The position numbers were made by a program, and so were the translations under genes. Positions 1 to 14,502 of a stretch of 64,000 nucleotides of DNA are shown here, piece after piece. Numbering within the stretch: the first letter of the stretch is position 1; each line of letters opens with the position of its first letter. Source of the DNA: the human T2T-CHM13v2.0 reference genome, Homo sapiens; assembly GCF_009914755.1 (NCBI RefSeq), contig NC_060925.1; one strand, written 5' to 3'. The notes below the pieces were generated by a model. The model searched no databases, was not told the DNA's origin, and worked only from the letters and a program-made list of their open reading frames with translations.

Positions 1-590
1 ATTCACCTTTTCTGCAATATGACTCCACAGCTCCTTCCATGAGAAGGTGGAGTATATTTCTCAGGCCCTCAGGGCTGAAGTTAGCCATGTGATTTGTTTT
101 GACCAATGAGACATTAGAAAACTTGCTGCAAGCAGAGGCTTCACAAAGTGCTTGTGCATTTGCTTCCTGTTTTGCCTTCTGCACTTCACTGTGTGAACAT
201 GTCTGGGCTAGCCCACTAAAGGATGAAACATATAGGACCCAGTCGCACACATCACCCCAGCCCACAGCCAGCAGACCACCAGACATGAAAATGAGTGCAG
301 CTAAAACTATAAAAAGTACTCAGCTTAAATCACAACTACAGATTCATGAGCTAAATAAATGTTTGTTTTAAGCCATACTTCCTTAGTGTGGTTTCCATGA
401 GGAAAATAATTCCTATAGAAAAATCATTTGTGTCTATTTTCTCAATTCTCCCAAGATAGTACATAGTTAATTCATTATATATAATAAATGCCTTACAGCA
501 TTAGATTTTAACTATCTCCTGGAACCCTGTTAGCTATTGCATTTTGGGTGGTTGTTATGAAGCATAATTATAGCCAGAGATAACTGATAT
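1..590 (+). mobile_element. MLT1 (ERVL-MaLR) LTR, MLT1F/G/H-like, interrupted by a ~160-bp insert at ~377-535
   Basis: MLT1 motifs: aggtggagtatatttc, ccatgtgatttgttttgaccaat, aataaatgtttgttttaagcca, 3' end ttttgggtggttgttatgaagca...taactgatata. Confidence 0.75.
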
Positions 591-690
591 AATCATACAT
601 TAAAATGCTTTATAAAGCCACCATTATTAAAATGATGCATCACCACAATGACAGATAAATAAAAGAAAATTAAATTTTAAAAAAATCTGT

Positions 691-950
691 GGCTGGATGT
701 GGTGGCTTACATTGGGAGGCCAAAGTAGGAGGATCCCTTGAGGCTCCAAGTTCAAGACCAGCCTGGCAACATAGGAAGATCCCATCTCTACAAAAAATGA
801 AAAAATTAGCTGGGTACGGTGGCATGTGCCTATAGTCCATCATCTCAGGAGGCTGACATGAAGGATCACTTGAGCTCCTTGCAGTGTTTATGCCACTGTA
901 CTCCAGCGTGGATGACAGAGCAAGACCCTGTCTCAGAAAAAAAAAAAATA
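691..950 (+). mobile_element. AluJ-like with internal deletions; tail runs into (TA)n
   Basis: Both Alu arms, A-rich linker, poly(A). Confidence 0.9.
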
Positions 951-1099
951 TATATATATCTATATATATATATATAAAGAAGAAAGAAAACAGCTCCCCT
1001 GTACAGAGACTGGGGGTGAGGCTCAGAACAATGAGAGACCCCCCCCAAAAAATATTTTTTAAACAAGGGGCATTTTAAGTCTTTGGAGGAATGATGGAG

Positions 1100-1440
1100 C
1101 ATTCAATAAAATAATAAAGTATTTTGGGACAAGTGGCTACTATATGGAGAACAAAAGCTTCACTACCTGTCATCTTGCCCTCAAATCCATTCCAGATAGT
1201 TAAAAATTTAATATTTTCCAAAGAAAGAGCTATATCATTAAAAATACATAAAAATTTATATTTTCTTCAAGTGACAGAGGGCTTTTGAAGCATGATGCCA
1301 ATAAAAGAAGCCATAATGGAATGATTGATAGATTTAACTATGTAAAATGTTTAAATATCAGTGCATATTAAAGGGCAAACAAAATTTTAATTTTGGCACA
1401 ACATTTTTATATTTTGCTACAAAATTAAAAGGCAAACAAA
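1100..1440 (+). mobile_element. Old L1 (L1M/L1ME-like) fragment
   Basis: A-rich with motifs such as gattgatagatttaactatgtaaaa and attccagatagttaaaaatttaat. Confidence 0.5.
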
Positions 1441-1453
1441 AAAATTAAATTTG

Positions 1454-1738
<285 letters not shown>

Positions 1739-1761
1739 GAATTTGGTAATAGCTATTACCT

Positions 1762-1763
1762 AC

Positions 1764-1820
<57 letters not shown>

Positions 1821-1848
1821 TATGTATATATGTATATATATGTGTGTG

Positions 1849-1890
<42 letters not shown>

Positions 1891-1893
1891 TAT
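1762..1893. repeat. Compound (TG)22/(TA)n microsatellite
   Basis: Pure TG run 1769-1812 followed by mixed TA/TG/CA. Confidence 0.95.
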
Positions 1894-1963
1894 TCATAGC
1901 AAATATTTATTGAGCTTCTGCATGCCACAACCGTGTATCTGAAGGTAAAATAGAAAGCAAAAA

Positions 1964-2248
1964 CAGGAGCCGTGGCTCATGCCAGTAATCCCAGCACTTC
2001 AGGAGGCTGAGGTGAGTGGATTACTTGAGGTCAGGAGACCAGCCTGGCCAGCATGGTAAAACCCCATCTCTACTAAAAATACAAAATTAGCCGGACATGG
2101 TGGTGCGCTCCTGTAATCCTAGCTACTCAAGAGGCTGAGGCAGGAGAATCTCTTGAACCAAGGAGGCGGAGGTTGCAGTGAGTCAAGATCGCACCACTGC
2201 CCTCCAGCCTGGGCTGCCCTCCAACCTGGGTGACACAGAGAGACTCCG
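1964..2248 (+). mobile_element. AluS with an internal 17-bp tandem duplication (2197-2230)
   Basis: Alu dimer; ctgccctcc(ag/aa)cctggg twice. Confidence 0.92.
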
Positions 2249-2458
2249 TCTCAAAAAAAAAAAAAAAAGGCTGGAATATAGCAAGTGACTAAATACAGGA
2301 GAGCATTCCAGTAAGAGGAAACTACATGTGCAAAAGCCCAATGGTAGGAGGGAGTTTGATATATTTGAGGGACTGAAATAAGGCCAAAATCACAAAAGCG
2401 CTGAAAACAAATATGAGACTGGCTGAAGAGGAAAACAGGGGTCAGAAGTCACAAGCCT

Positions 2459-2833
<375 letters not shown>

Positions 2834-2944
2834 TCAAGCATCTGCAGTGAGTTTCTGTCTCAGTGCAGGCAAGAGCACTAGGAATTTGGTCTAGTGTGGT
2901 GCTAGTGAAGATATTGACAAGTGAATAGATTCAAGAGGAGACAC

Positions 2945-3082
2945 TTTTTTATTTTTATTTTTTGTACAGATGGGGGTCTCACTGGGTTGCTTAGGCTGGT
3001 CTCAAACTCCTGGTCTCAAGCGATCTACCCCCTCACGGCCTCCCAAAGTGTTAGGATTACAGGCATGAGCCACCACGCCCCA
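2945..3082 (-). mobile_element. FLAM / Alu left monomer
   Basis: Antisense left arm with T tract. Confidence 0.85.
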
Positions 3083-3128
3083 TGGAGAGATAATTTAATG
3101 ATAAACACACTGGAGCTTGTTAGGATTA

Positions 3129-3430
<302 letters not shown>

Positions 3431-3505
3431 GATTAGGGAGTGAAGGAGGGAAGGTAATTATCTACTGTGCCAGAATGTGAGAGTGGCTTATGAGTTTTAT
3501 CTTAA

Positions 3506-3756
3506 ACTCAGGAGGCTGAGATGGGAGGATCACTTGAGCCCAGGCAGTGGAGGCTGCAGTGAGCCATGACTGTGCCACTGTACTACAGCCTGGGCAACAG
3601 AGTGAGATTCTGTCTCAAATATATATATATATACACACACATATATATATATTTATACTTATATATAAATATATATATGCCTCTACTATATATATCATAT
3701 ATATATCGTATATGTATATATATATCAAATATATATATCAAATACATATATATCAA

Positions 3757-3790
<34 letters not shown>
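3506..3790 (+). repeat. Alu right-arm fragment with a tail expanded into a (TA)n/(CA)n low-complexity tract
   Basis: Alu 3' half 3506-3618, then ~170 bp AT-rich repeat. Confidence 0.85.
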
Positions 3791-4010
3791 CTCTGTTTAA
3801 AATATGTGAGAGATTTGTTTAATACCTAAATGAATGATGTTAGGCTTCATCATCAGGGTTTGTTAAGAAATAAAAATTGAAAGTAAATTTAAATATCAAA
3901 ATGATACAATGTTTGTAAAGTGCTTAGTTCAGTACCTGACACAAATATTCATTTCCTTTCTTTTCTGCTTTATTCAAGTAATACTAAAGGCTAAGGCTAT
4001 TGGAAGATTA

Positions 4011-4160
<150 letters not shown>

Positions 4161-5334
4161 AAGGTTATGTGCAATTGATGTTGGGTGTTCTGCTTTATCA
4201 GTATTTGTTTTAATCAAATAAATCAAATACATTCTACGTTCAGTTACTTCCAATCTATGTCACCTCTTCCATGTTCTTTTAGTACTTATACACGTCTATT
4301 ATAATAGTATGATTCAATTAATATACAGATAATAGGCAACCAAATATTTTACAAAATACTATTCAGTAGTTTTGGTTATAGTATCTTGTAGAAAGATATT
4401 CAGGATACAATTAAACATATACACACATTATAGGTGAGAAAATAGATGCATGAAGAATGTAACTTGTTTAAGGTCAAGAATATAACCAAAAGGAGTAGCA
4501 AATAATGTCTTTTCTTTCTAAAAGTTTGCCATAGCTGAAACACAACAGGAATCAGCATGCTACTTGACATTATAAATGCATTCCATCAGGTGCCCAGGCA
4601 TATGAAAATTAGGTGTTCCTGCTTTATTCATAAGTTAGACATCAACTAACATTACTCTGCAGCAAATTCCTCTACACAAGGAAATCTATCTAAATCCTTC
4701 CAAAATGTCCTAATAAGAAAATAAAATAAGTAGAATTAAAGCTGTACTAGGCTAGGGCACATTTATATTACTGACAACTATAGATTATTCAGTAATACCT
4801 CTCAGTGCACCAGTAAGCAGAGAGCATGGAGAGCTAATAAAAGTAATGAAGTCTTCGTAGTACGTGAACTCACTGCTATTAAATCTCTTCTGAGAAATAG
4901 GATGAGCCTGCCAAGTTTGTTGGGAGGAAGGCTGAATGTGTAGGCTGTTGAAGTGAAAATAAGTAGAGCCATACGGCAATGGTGGCTGAGAGAGATAATG
5001 GCATTAATGCCCAGAAACTGAGTGCTTTACCTAGCCTTCAACTTTATTAGGAAGCAACGATGACATAAAACTGGATAGGGTTTATCACGTTTGTACTTGT
5101 CAGCTAAATCTACAGATAAAAATTATAGTTTTATAATAATCCAAAGCTTGAGTGTACCATGTGGCTATCAATATTGAGGAGCCAATAGAGGTATAGCTAC
5201 ATAACATAAACGTTATATTTTTCATGTGATGGCTGACCATCATTTGCCATGACTGTTTAAGGAGAGGAAAGCCCATTGAAGCATCCTAGTTACTCAGAAT
5301 CCCTGAAAGGCCATGATGATGTTGAGGTCTATAG

Positions 5335-6065
<731 letters not shown>

Positions 6066-7539
6066 TGTCTCCCTAGTTTTGCCTAAGTAATTATTTTATT
6101 AATAATTCCCTATATTATTTGCTTGGTTTTCTCTCCAGGAGGAACAGTTCCAACATAAGAGTGGGTGAAGCACATTAAACCCCAATAATCAACTTCCTTA
6201 AGCATTTCCAAGTAACATAATCTCCTACTTCCCTACAAAAAAAAAAATCAAAAATTCTCACTTAAATCCCAGGAGATGTTTATTTTCATCCTACAAAGAA
6301 TGTCTGTTGTTGAGTGATGACGTTTCTTTAAAGAGAATAATTAAAGCTCTCTGTTTTTTTTTTTCCTTTTACAAATCAGGTGAGCAATGTACTCACTCTG
6401 AACAATGACAGTGTTTTGGCTGCTTGTGAACCCTGGAAATATTGATCAGTTAAAAATATTCGGACTTGCATCTCTTGAATTTGCTTACTGCAGCCCTTCT
6501 TCCTGGTGGGCCGGGAAAGCACCAGCAATTTTGTTATCATGATAAATTACCCTCCCTGGTAGGTCACTCTTTTTTACCTAAAGTCACAATTTGCTCCTTC
6601 CGTTAGGTCATAACCTGATTTTTTTCAGGGTGACAGATTTATTGCTTGCTTTGTGCTCCAAAAAAAAAATCACCAACATTGCTCAAAATATAGTCCTGTC
6701 ACAGTAACTTTGTATATTTCCCAATGGGAATGAGACTCAGCATGTATATTCCAGTTTGAACATGGTAGAGTGGGCATTCCCACGTTTCTCTGGATTGAAG
6801 CTGGGAGGACAGTACTTAGGTTTAAGTCACACTGCCAGTGTAAGGAATTGATAAGCAAGTATTAATATTTGTTGACAGAGTCTTAGGGGATCTTTTCTTC
6901 TTTTTAGGAAACTCAAAAAGCCAACCAAACAGCTATTCTGATCTCCAAAGCAAGCCTTTCTCATGGCTGGGATATTTTCCTTGGCCATTACGGAAGTGTA
7001 AATCCCCCGTAAATGTCCCTAAACTTGAGAATGAAGCTGTGATGCCTTCGTGGTTCAGTAAGATCATGTAGCAGAGCTCTCACAGTGTAATGTGGACTAA
7101 AGTTATGAACAACAAACAATTCCAGGCCTGGTCCATAAAAAGAAACCTACACTCGGCCCTCCATGCTTCCTTCATCAACCTGCCTGCTGAGGGTGCTGCA
7201 AGTCTCCAACCCGCACCCAGTCCCACTCCTGCACCGCACACTTTCAAATGCAGTTCTTCCAAAGAAAGTCCCAGCTCTGTCCACACTGGGGCCCCTAATC
7301 TCAGCTGAGTCTTTAACACAGGCCAGCATTCTAAGGTCTATTCCTAGTCAGCTGACCACTCCTTCTTTAACCTAAATTCATCCTCCTCCCCAGACAACTA
7401 ATCCTCTCCTGATCTCAGTCAACAGCACCACAATCATCAGAAAAATCCTTTAGACGCTTCCCCCTCCCTGACTCATCCACCTGAAAAGTTACATCTCCTA
7501 AATATGCCCCAGATCCTTCAGGGTGTGGTGTGATCCAAA

Positions 7540-8030
<491 letters not shown>

Positions 8031-8098
8031 ACCTGTCATGAATGGCATTCTATGGCAGGTTGTATGACAAGGCCAAATATAGGTGGCCATTGTCTATA

Positions 8099-8435
8099 TG
8101 TTAGGGACTGAATGTTTGTGTCCTCCAAAAATTCGTACGTTGAAACCTAATTCCCAATGTGATGGTGTTTGGACAAGGTGGAGCCTTTAGAAGGTGATCA
8201 GGTCATGAGGGTGGAGCCCTCATGAATGGGATTAGTGCCCTTAAAAGAAGTGGCCAGCAAGCTTACTTTCTTTCTGACAGATGACAATTTAATGAGAAGA
8301 CAGCAGTCTACAACCAACCATGCTGACATCCTGATCTGGGACTTCCAGGCTCCAGAGTGTGAGAAATAAATTTCCATTGTTTATAAGACATCCAGTTTAT
8401 GGAACTTTGTTATAGCAGTTCCAAATGACTGAGAA
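8099..8435 (+). mobile_element. MLT1A/A0 solo LTR
   Basis: ggactgaatgtttgtgtcc, ggtcatgagggtggagccctcatgaatgggattagtgccctt, ctttgttatagcag...gactgaga. Confidence 0.88.
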
Positions 8436-8490
8436 AATACTCCTTCTTCTCTATATTATTACTGGTTTCTCAAAAATAGAACCTACCTAG

Positions 8491-8567
8491 TTGCAGTGAG
8501 CCGAGATCGCACCGCCACACTCCAGCCTGGGAGACAGAGCAAGACTCTGTCTAGGGAAAAAAAAAAA
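8491..8567 (+). mobile_element. Severely 5'-truncated Alu insertion
   Basis: Last ~60 nt of Alu plus poly(A), flanked by TSD aaaaat(a/t)gaa(c/a)ctacctag. Confidence 0.88.
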
Positions 8568-8789
8568 TTGAAACTACCTAGATGGTTGACACTAGTATCT
8601 ACACAGGTAGATGAATGGAACACAGAAAACCTCGTCAAACTCCTTTATTTGATGCCATAAAAACTAAAAACCTCTCCAAAGTTATTACTTTACTTTCAAA
8701 ATGAATTAAATTTAATATTATGGTAGGTATACATAACTCAAGGGATTAGTATTCTCAGGCTCATTCTAGAGCATGCTTTCTGCATCATC

Positions 8790-9235
8790 TTTGTAAGCAT
8801 TTATTAAACTCCTACTGTGTGTCAGGCACTGTGCTAGCTCTAATAATACAAATATAACAGAACCAAAAAACTTTCTATTTTCAGGGGATTCACTGCCCAC
8901 TGGAAAGGGGACAAGGAAAGGACAACAAACATTTAAAAATTAGAAGACCAAGAAGAAAATGCTATACTATAAGTGTCTAATAATGGAAGTGCTATAATAG
9001 AGTTTCTGTGAGAAAAGAAACAAGCAGGCCAAAAAAAAAAGCACTTAATTCTTCCCGGAAGTAAATCTGGGAAGGCTTCACTGTAAGGATTAGTTTTGTT
9101 TCGTTTCTGTTTGGGGTTTCTTTTTGTTTCTTTTGCAGATGCATACGAGTTCACAGGTAGGAAGAAGTGGAGGGATACTTTCCAGAAGCATGCAAAGCAA
9201 AACCAGCATAACACATTTGGGAAATGAAAAGATAG
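8790..9235 (-). mobile_element. L2 relic
   Basis: aagcatttattaaactcctactgtgtgtcaggcactgtgctag (antisense L2 3' end); gggaaggcttcac. Confidence 0.65.
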
Positions 9236-9243
9236 GAGAATCT

Positions 9244-9885
<642 letters not shown>

Positions 9886-9946
9886 TTTAGGAGAATGAAA
9901 TCAGAATACGAAGGGTATAATATGACATGTCCTTTGATATTGCAGA

Positions 9947-10142
9947 CCATTGGTCTGCTAACTACAACCAGTTTTATAAATAAAGCTTTACTAGAACACA
10001 GCCATGCCATTCGTTTACATATTGCCTATGGCTGCTTTCACACTACAGTGACACAGCTGAGTAGTTACAGTAGAGACCCTTGACCACAAAGCCCAGAGTA
10101 TTTACCATCTGGTCCTTTACAGAAAAAGTTTGCCAACCCTTG
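9947..10142. mobile_element. MER58A (hAT-Charlie MITE)
   Basis: taaataaagctttactagaacacagccatgcc...tatttaccatctggtcctttacagaaaaagtttgccaacccttg. Confidence 0.85.
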
Positions 10143-10524
10143 AAATAATGCAGAACAACATAATGGCTGTAAGAGAGAGCACAAAGGCATAAATCCCTGT
10201 TCGCCCTGTTTTCCCTACACTATGCCATTCATTCATGGCGTCAAACATATGGTACATATTGGGCAACTTCTATCCATTAAAAAAGATTACCTAATTTCTG
10301 TAGAAAAATATGGTTTCTTCATAAGAGTTGCTTGAGATTTTCAAGGATCTTTCCATGTAAGTCCTGAATGATAAACACAAGGGTTTCTGTTTGTTTATTT
10401 AAAGTACAGGCAGAAGTCTCCCTATGTTACCCAGGCTGATAGGCATCAGCCACCACACCCAACCCACAAGTTGGTCTTAATTACCTTTATTCTTGTTTTC
10501 TTTTTTCTTTCTTTTTTTTTTTTG

Positions 10525-11763
10525 TGATAGAGGTGACAGCTTGCTGGCAGCCCTCACAGCCCTTGCTCGCTCTCGGCGCCTCCTCGGCCTTGGCGCCCAC
10601 TCTGGCGGCGCTTGAGAAGTCCTTCAGCCCGCCGCTGCACTGTGGGAGCCCCTTTCTGGGCTGGCCAAGGCCGGAGCCGGCTCCCTCAGCTTGCGGAGAG
10701 GGGTGGAGGGAGAGGCGCGGGCGGGAACCGGAGCTGCGCGCCGCGCTTACTGGCCAGCGCGAGTTCTGAGTGGGCGTGGACTCGGCAGGCCCTGAACTCG
10801 GAGCCGTCGGCCCCGGGCAGTGAGGGGCTTAACACCTGGGCCAGCAGCTGCAGTGCTCGACTTCTTGCCGGGCCTTAGCTGCCTCCTCGCGGGGCAGGGC
10901 TCGGGACCTGCAGCCCACCAAGCCTGAGCCTCCCCCCACCCCGCCATGGGCTCCTGCGCGGCCGGAGCCTCCCCGACAAGCTCCGCCCCCTGCTTCACGG
11001 CGCCCAGTCCCATCGACCACCCAAGGGCTGAGGAGTGCAGGCTCGTGGAGCGGGACTGGCAGGCAGCTCCACCTGCGGCCCCAGTGCGGGAACCACTGGG
11101 TGAAGCCAGCTGGGCTCCTGAGTCTGGTGGGGACTTGGAGAATCTTTATGTCTAGCTAAGGGATTGTAAATACACCAATCGGCATTCTGTATCTAGCTCA
11201 AGGTTTGTAAACACACCAATCAGCACCCTGTGTCTAGCTCAGGGTTTGTGAATGCACCAATCGACACTCTGTATCTAGCTACTCTGGTGGGGACTTGGAG
11301 AACCTTTGTGTCTAGCTCAGGGCTTGTAAATGCACCAATCAGTGCCCTGTCAAAACAGACCACTCTGCTGTCTGTAAAATGGATCAATCAGCAGGATGTG
11401 GGTGGGGGCAGATAAGAGAATAAAAGCAGGCTGCCCGAGCCAGCTTTGGGAACCCGCTGGGGTCCTCTTCCACGCTGTGGAAGCTTTGTTCTTTCACTCT
11501 TTGCAATAAATCTTGCTGCTGCTCACTCTTTGGGTCCACACTGCCTTTATGAGCTATAACACTCACCACGAAGGTCTGCAGCTTCACTCCTGAAGCCAGC
11601 GAGACCACGAACCCACCAGAAGGAAGAAACTCCGAACACATCCGAACATCAGAAGGAACAAACTCTGGACACGCTTCCTTTAAGAACTGTAACACTCACC
11701 ACGAGGGTCCGCGGCTTCATTCTTGAAGTCAGTGAGACCAAGAATCCACCAATTCCAGATACA
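10525..11763 (+). mobile_element. Solo ERV9 LTR (LTR12C-like)
   Basis: Start gaggtgacagcttgctggcagccctcacagcc; CpG-rich U3; tandem caccaatc...tctagct repeats; agataagagaataaaagcaggctgcccgagcc; end gaccaagaatccaccaattccagataca. Confidence 0.96.
11150..11450 (+). promoter_or_regulatory. LTR12 U3 enhancer/promoter: CCAAT (NF-Y) boxes, GATA site, TATA-like AATAAAA
   Basis: CCAAT at 11175, 11216, 11257, 11335; AGATAA 11410-11415; AATAAAA 11419-11425; function inferred from the LTR12 family. Confidence 0.7.
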
Positions 11764-12033
11764 ATACAGTCTCTGTCGCCCAGGCTGAAACTCAGTGGCA
11801 TGATTACTGCTCACTGCAGCCTCGAACTCCCCAGGCTCAGGTGATCCTCCCACCTCAGCCTCCCAAGTAGCTGGGACTACAGGCATGTGCCACTAAGCCC
11901 ACTTAATTGCAACTTTTTGTAGAGATAGGGTTTTGCCACTTTGCCCAGGTTGGTCTTGAACTCCTGGACTCAAGCTGTCTGCCCACCTCAGCCTCCCAAA
12001 GTGCTGGGATTACAGTAACGAGCCACTGCGCCC
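11764..12033 (-). mobile_element. AluJ split by the LTR12 (its T tail lies at ~10490-10524)
   Basis: Antisense Alu body resumes right after the LTR end; poly(T) precedes the LTR. Confidence 0.88.
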
Positions 12034-12254
12034 TAATTATCTTCATTCTTAATCTGACTGGGGCCTCTGTGGATTCTAAATATTCGAAGTCTTTTTGTTT
12101 CAAATCAATCCAACTTTGGTCTTTAGCTCAATATCAGTTATCAGTAAATAAATATTTTAAAACACAGTTTTCTCTGGACATTAAAAATATCATATTTTGC
12201 TACACGAAGCTTATTCCAAAGTTCTTATAATAATTGTTAAAAGCCAAATGATCA

Positions 12255-12577
<323 letters not shown>

Positions 12578-12643
12578 TTAAGTTCTCATTTATAATAATC
12601 CTTTTATAGTTCATTTCTTTTTATAATTATTTTTTGTCTTCTT

Positions 12644-12806
12644 TCCTTTTGTAGTTTATGTGTGTTAATTATTTACACACATGTGTGAGCTGTGCCTCCC
12701 TCAAACCTTGTTATGATGTCTACATATTTATTTATCACATCAGACACCTGTGTGATAGGTGTCTATCACATCAGACACCTGTCTGATGTGATAAATAAAT
12801 AATAAA
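12644..12806 (+). pseudogene. U13 snoRNA (SNORD13) retropseudogene with a rearranged 3' end
   Basis: tccttttgtagtttatg...tgtgtgagctgtgcctccctcaaaccttgttatgatgt...acctgtctgatgtg plus A tail matches U13; box C degenerate; TSD-like aa(g/a)ttctca...tttat. Confidence 0.85.
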
Positions 12807-12811
12807 TTCTC

Positions 12812-13118
<307 letters not shown>

Positions 13119-13149
13119 TCATTTATTGTTTCAATTTAATAAATAATTG

Positions 13150-13520
13150 AGTAATAGCTAATATTAAATAAGTGTCTGTGTGCCAAGTCCTGAGCAAAGC
13201 ACTTTATGAAGATTATTTTATGTTATCCTCACAGTAACCCCATGTGGTAGGTCTTATTAGCATTTCCATTTTTCATAGTCTGTCTGCATTAGGGCTTATG
13301 TATTCAGATCAATAAACATTTCTGGTGCACATGTTATGTGCAAGGCACTGTCCTAGGCATTTTGTAAAGACTGCAACAAAAGTGGTGATATCACAAGATA
13401 GTAAAGAGCTATGAGATATCACAGGAGAAATACAATTGCCTTGGTAGCTCCAAGACAGGAGTGACCACATCTCTAAGGGAATCCGGAAAGGCTTCACTAA
13501 TCAGATGATAATAGATTTGG
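13150..13520 (-). mobile_element. MIR fragment (~13150-13275) followed by an L2 fragment
   Basis: tatcctcacagtaaccccatgtggtaggt...ccatttttcata; aggcactgtcctaggca; ggaaaggcttcac. Confidence 0.6.
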
Positions 13521-14091
13521 GCTTTAAAACCAAGGAAGCATCTCTCCTTTCTTCCCTTCTCCATGCAAACCACAGGGGCTCTGCCACCGGCCTTTAGCAG
13601 AGACACCGCTGCAGCAGAATGCTGCCCACACAACTCCATCTGGATTTTTGGCACATGATTTTGAATCTCCATTTGCCCAAGCCATCACTCTTTGTGACTC
13701 TGACTTTGTGTTTCGATTCTGCTTCTTGGTGGTGTTGCCTACTCATGAATTGGTTCCTGACTATGGCCCATTCCAACCTCAACCTGTCTACGTCCCCTGG
13801 AAAGAACAGATAGGACTCAACACATCATGCCTATATAGCTTGTCAAGTTCTTCAAAGTGTCTTCCTACCTAAAGAAAGATACGAAGATTTTCAAGTCTAT
13901 TATCGTGTCACTGAAACCAATTATTAAAAACTTTACATAGCAAGAAATACTGGATTGTATTTGGCAGTGGTTGTTTTAGGAGAAATATCTGGGGCACATA
14001 ATAACACCCCGACTCCAACCCACTCGTATTTTTTCAAGTTACATTTTGTAGATGATCTGTAATAACATGCCATCAAAAAAGAAATACTAAA

Positions 14092-14399
14092 GGCTGGGTG
14101 TGGTGGCTCACACCTGTAATCTCAGCACTTTGGGAGGCCGAGGCGGGTGGATCATCTGAGGTCAGGAGACCGAGACCAGCCTGGCCAGCATGGTGAAACT
14201 CCATCTCTGATAAAAATACAAAAATTAGCCAGGCAATAGTGGCATGCACCTGTAATCCCAGCTACTGAGGAGGCTGAGGCAAAAGACTCGCTTGAGCCTG
14301 GGAGGCAGAGATTGTGGCAAGCCAGGACCACGCCACTGCACTCCAGTCTGGGTGACAGAATGAGACCCTTTCTCAAAAAAAAAAAAAAAAAAAAAAAAT
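14092..14399 (+). mobile_element. AluS
   Basis: Dimer; TSD ending aaatact. Confidence 0.93.
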
Positions 14400-14502
14400 A
14401 CTTGCACAGGAATCAGCAGAATTTTCCAAGGTCCCATCCAAACCACTATGTACATATGCATAATCTGAGTATCAGAATTCCCTTTCTTCTGTTGATCACC
14501 CT

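Noticed and set aside
1745-1760. Perfect 16-bp palindrome ggtaatagctattacc
   Set aside because: About one such palindrome is expected by chance in 64 kb
3547-3829. I/Y-rich ORFs here and at 866-1102 and 1716-1928
   Set aside because: Read-through of (TA)n/(TG)n microsatellites
10524-11155. CpG island with several GC-rich ORFs suggesting a gene promoter or first exon
   Set aside because: Fully explained by LTR12 U3; no gag/pol/env follows, so it is a solo LTR
11150-11345. Regularly spaced ~40-bp repeats resembling a CRISPR array
   Set aside because: These are the LTR12 enhancer tandem repeats; eukaryotic DNA, no unique spacers or cas genes
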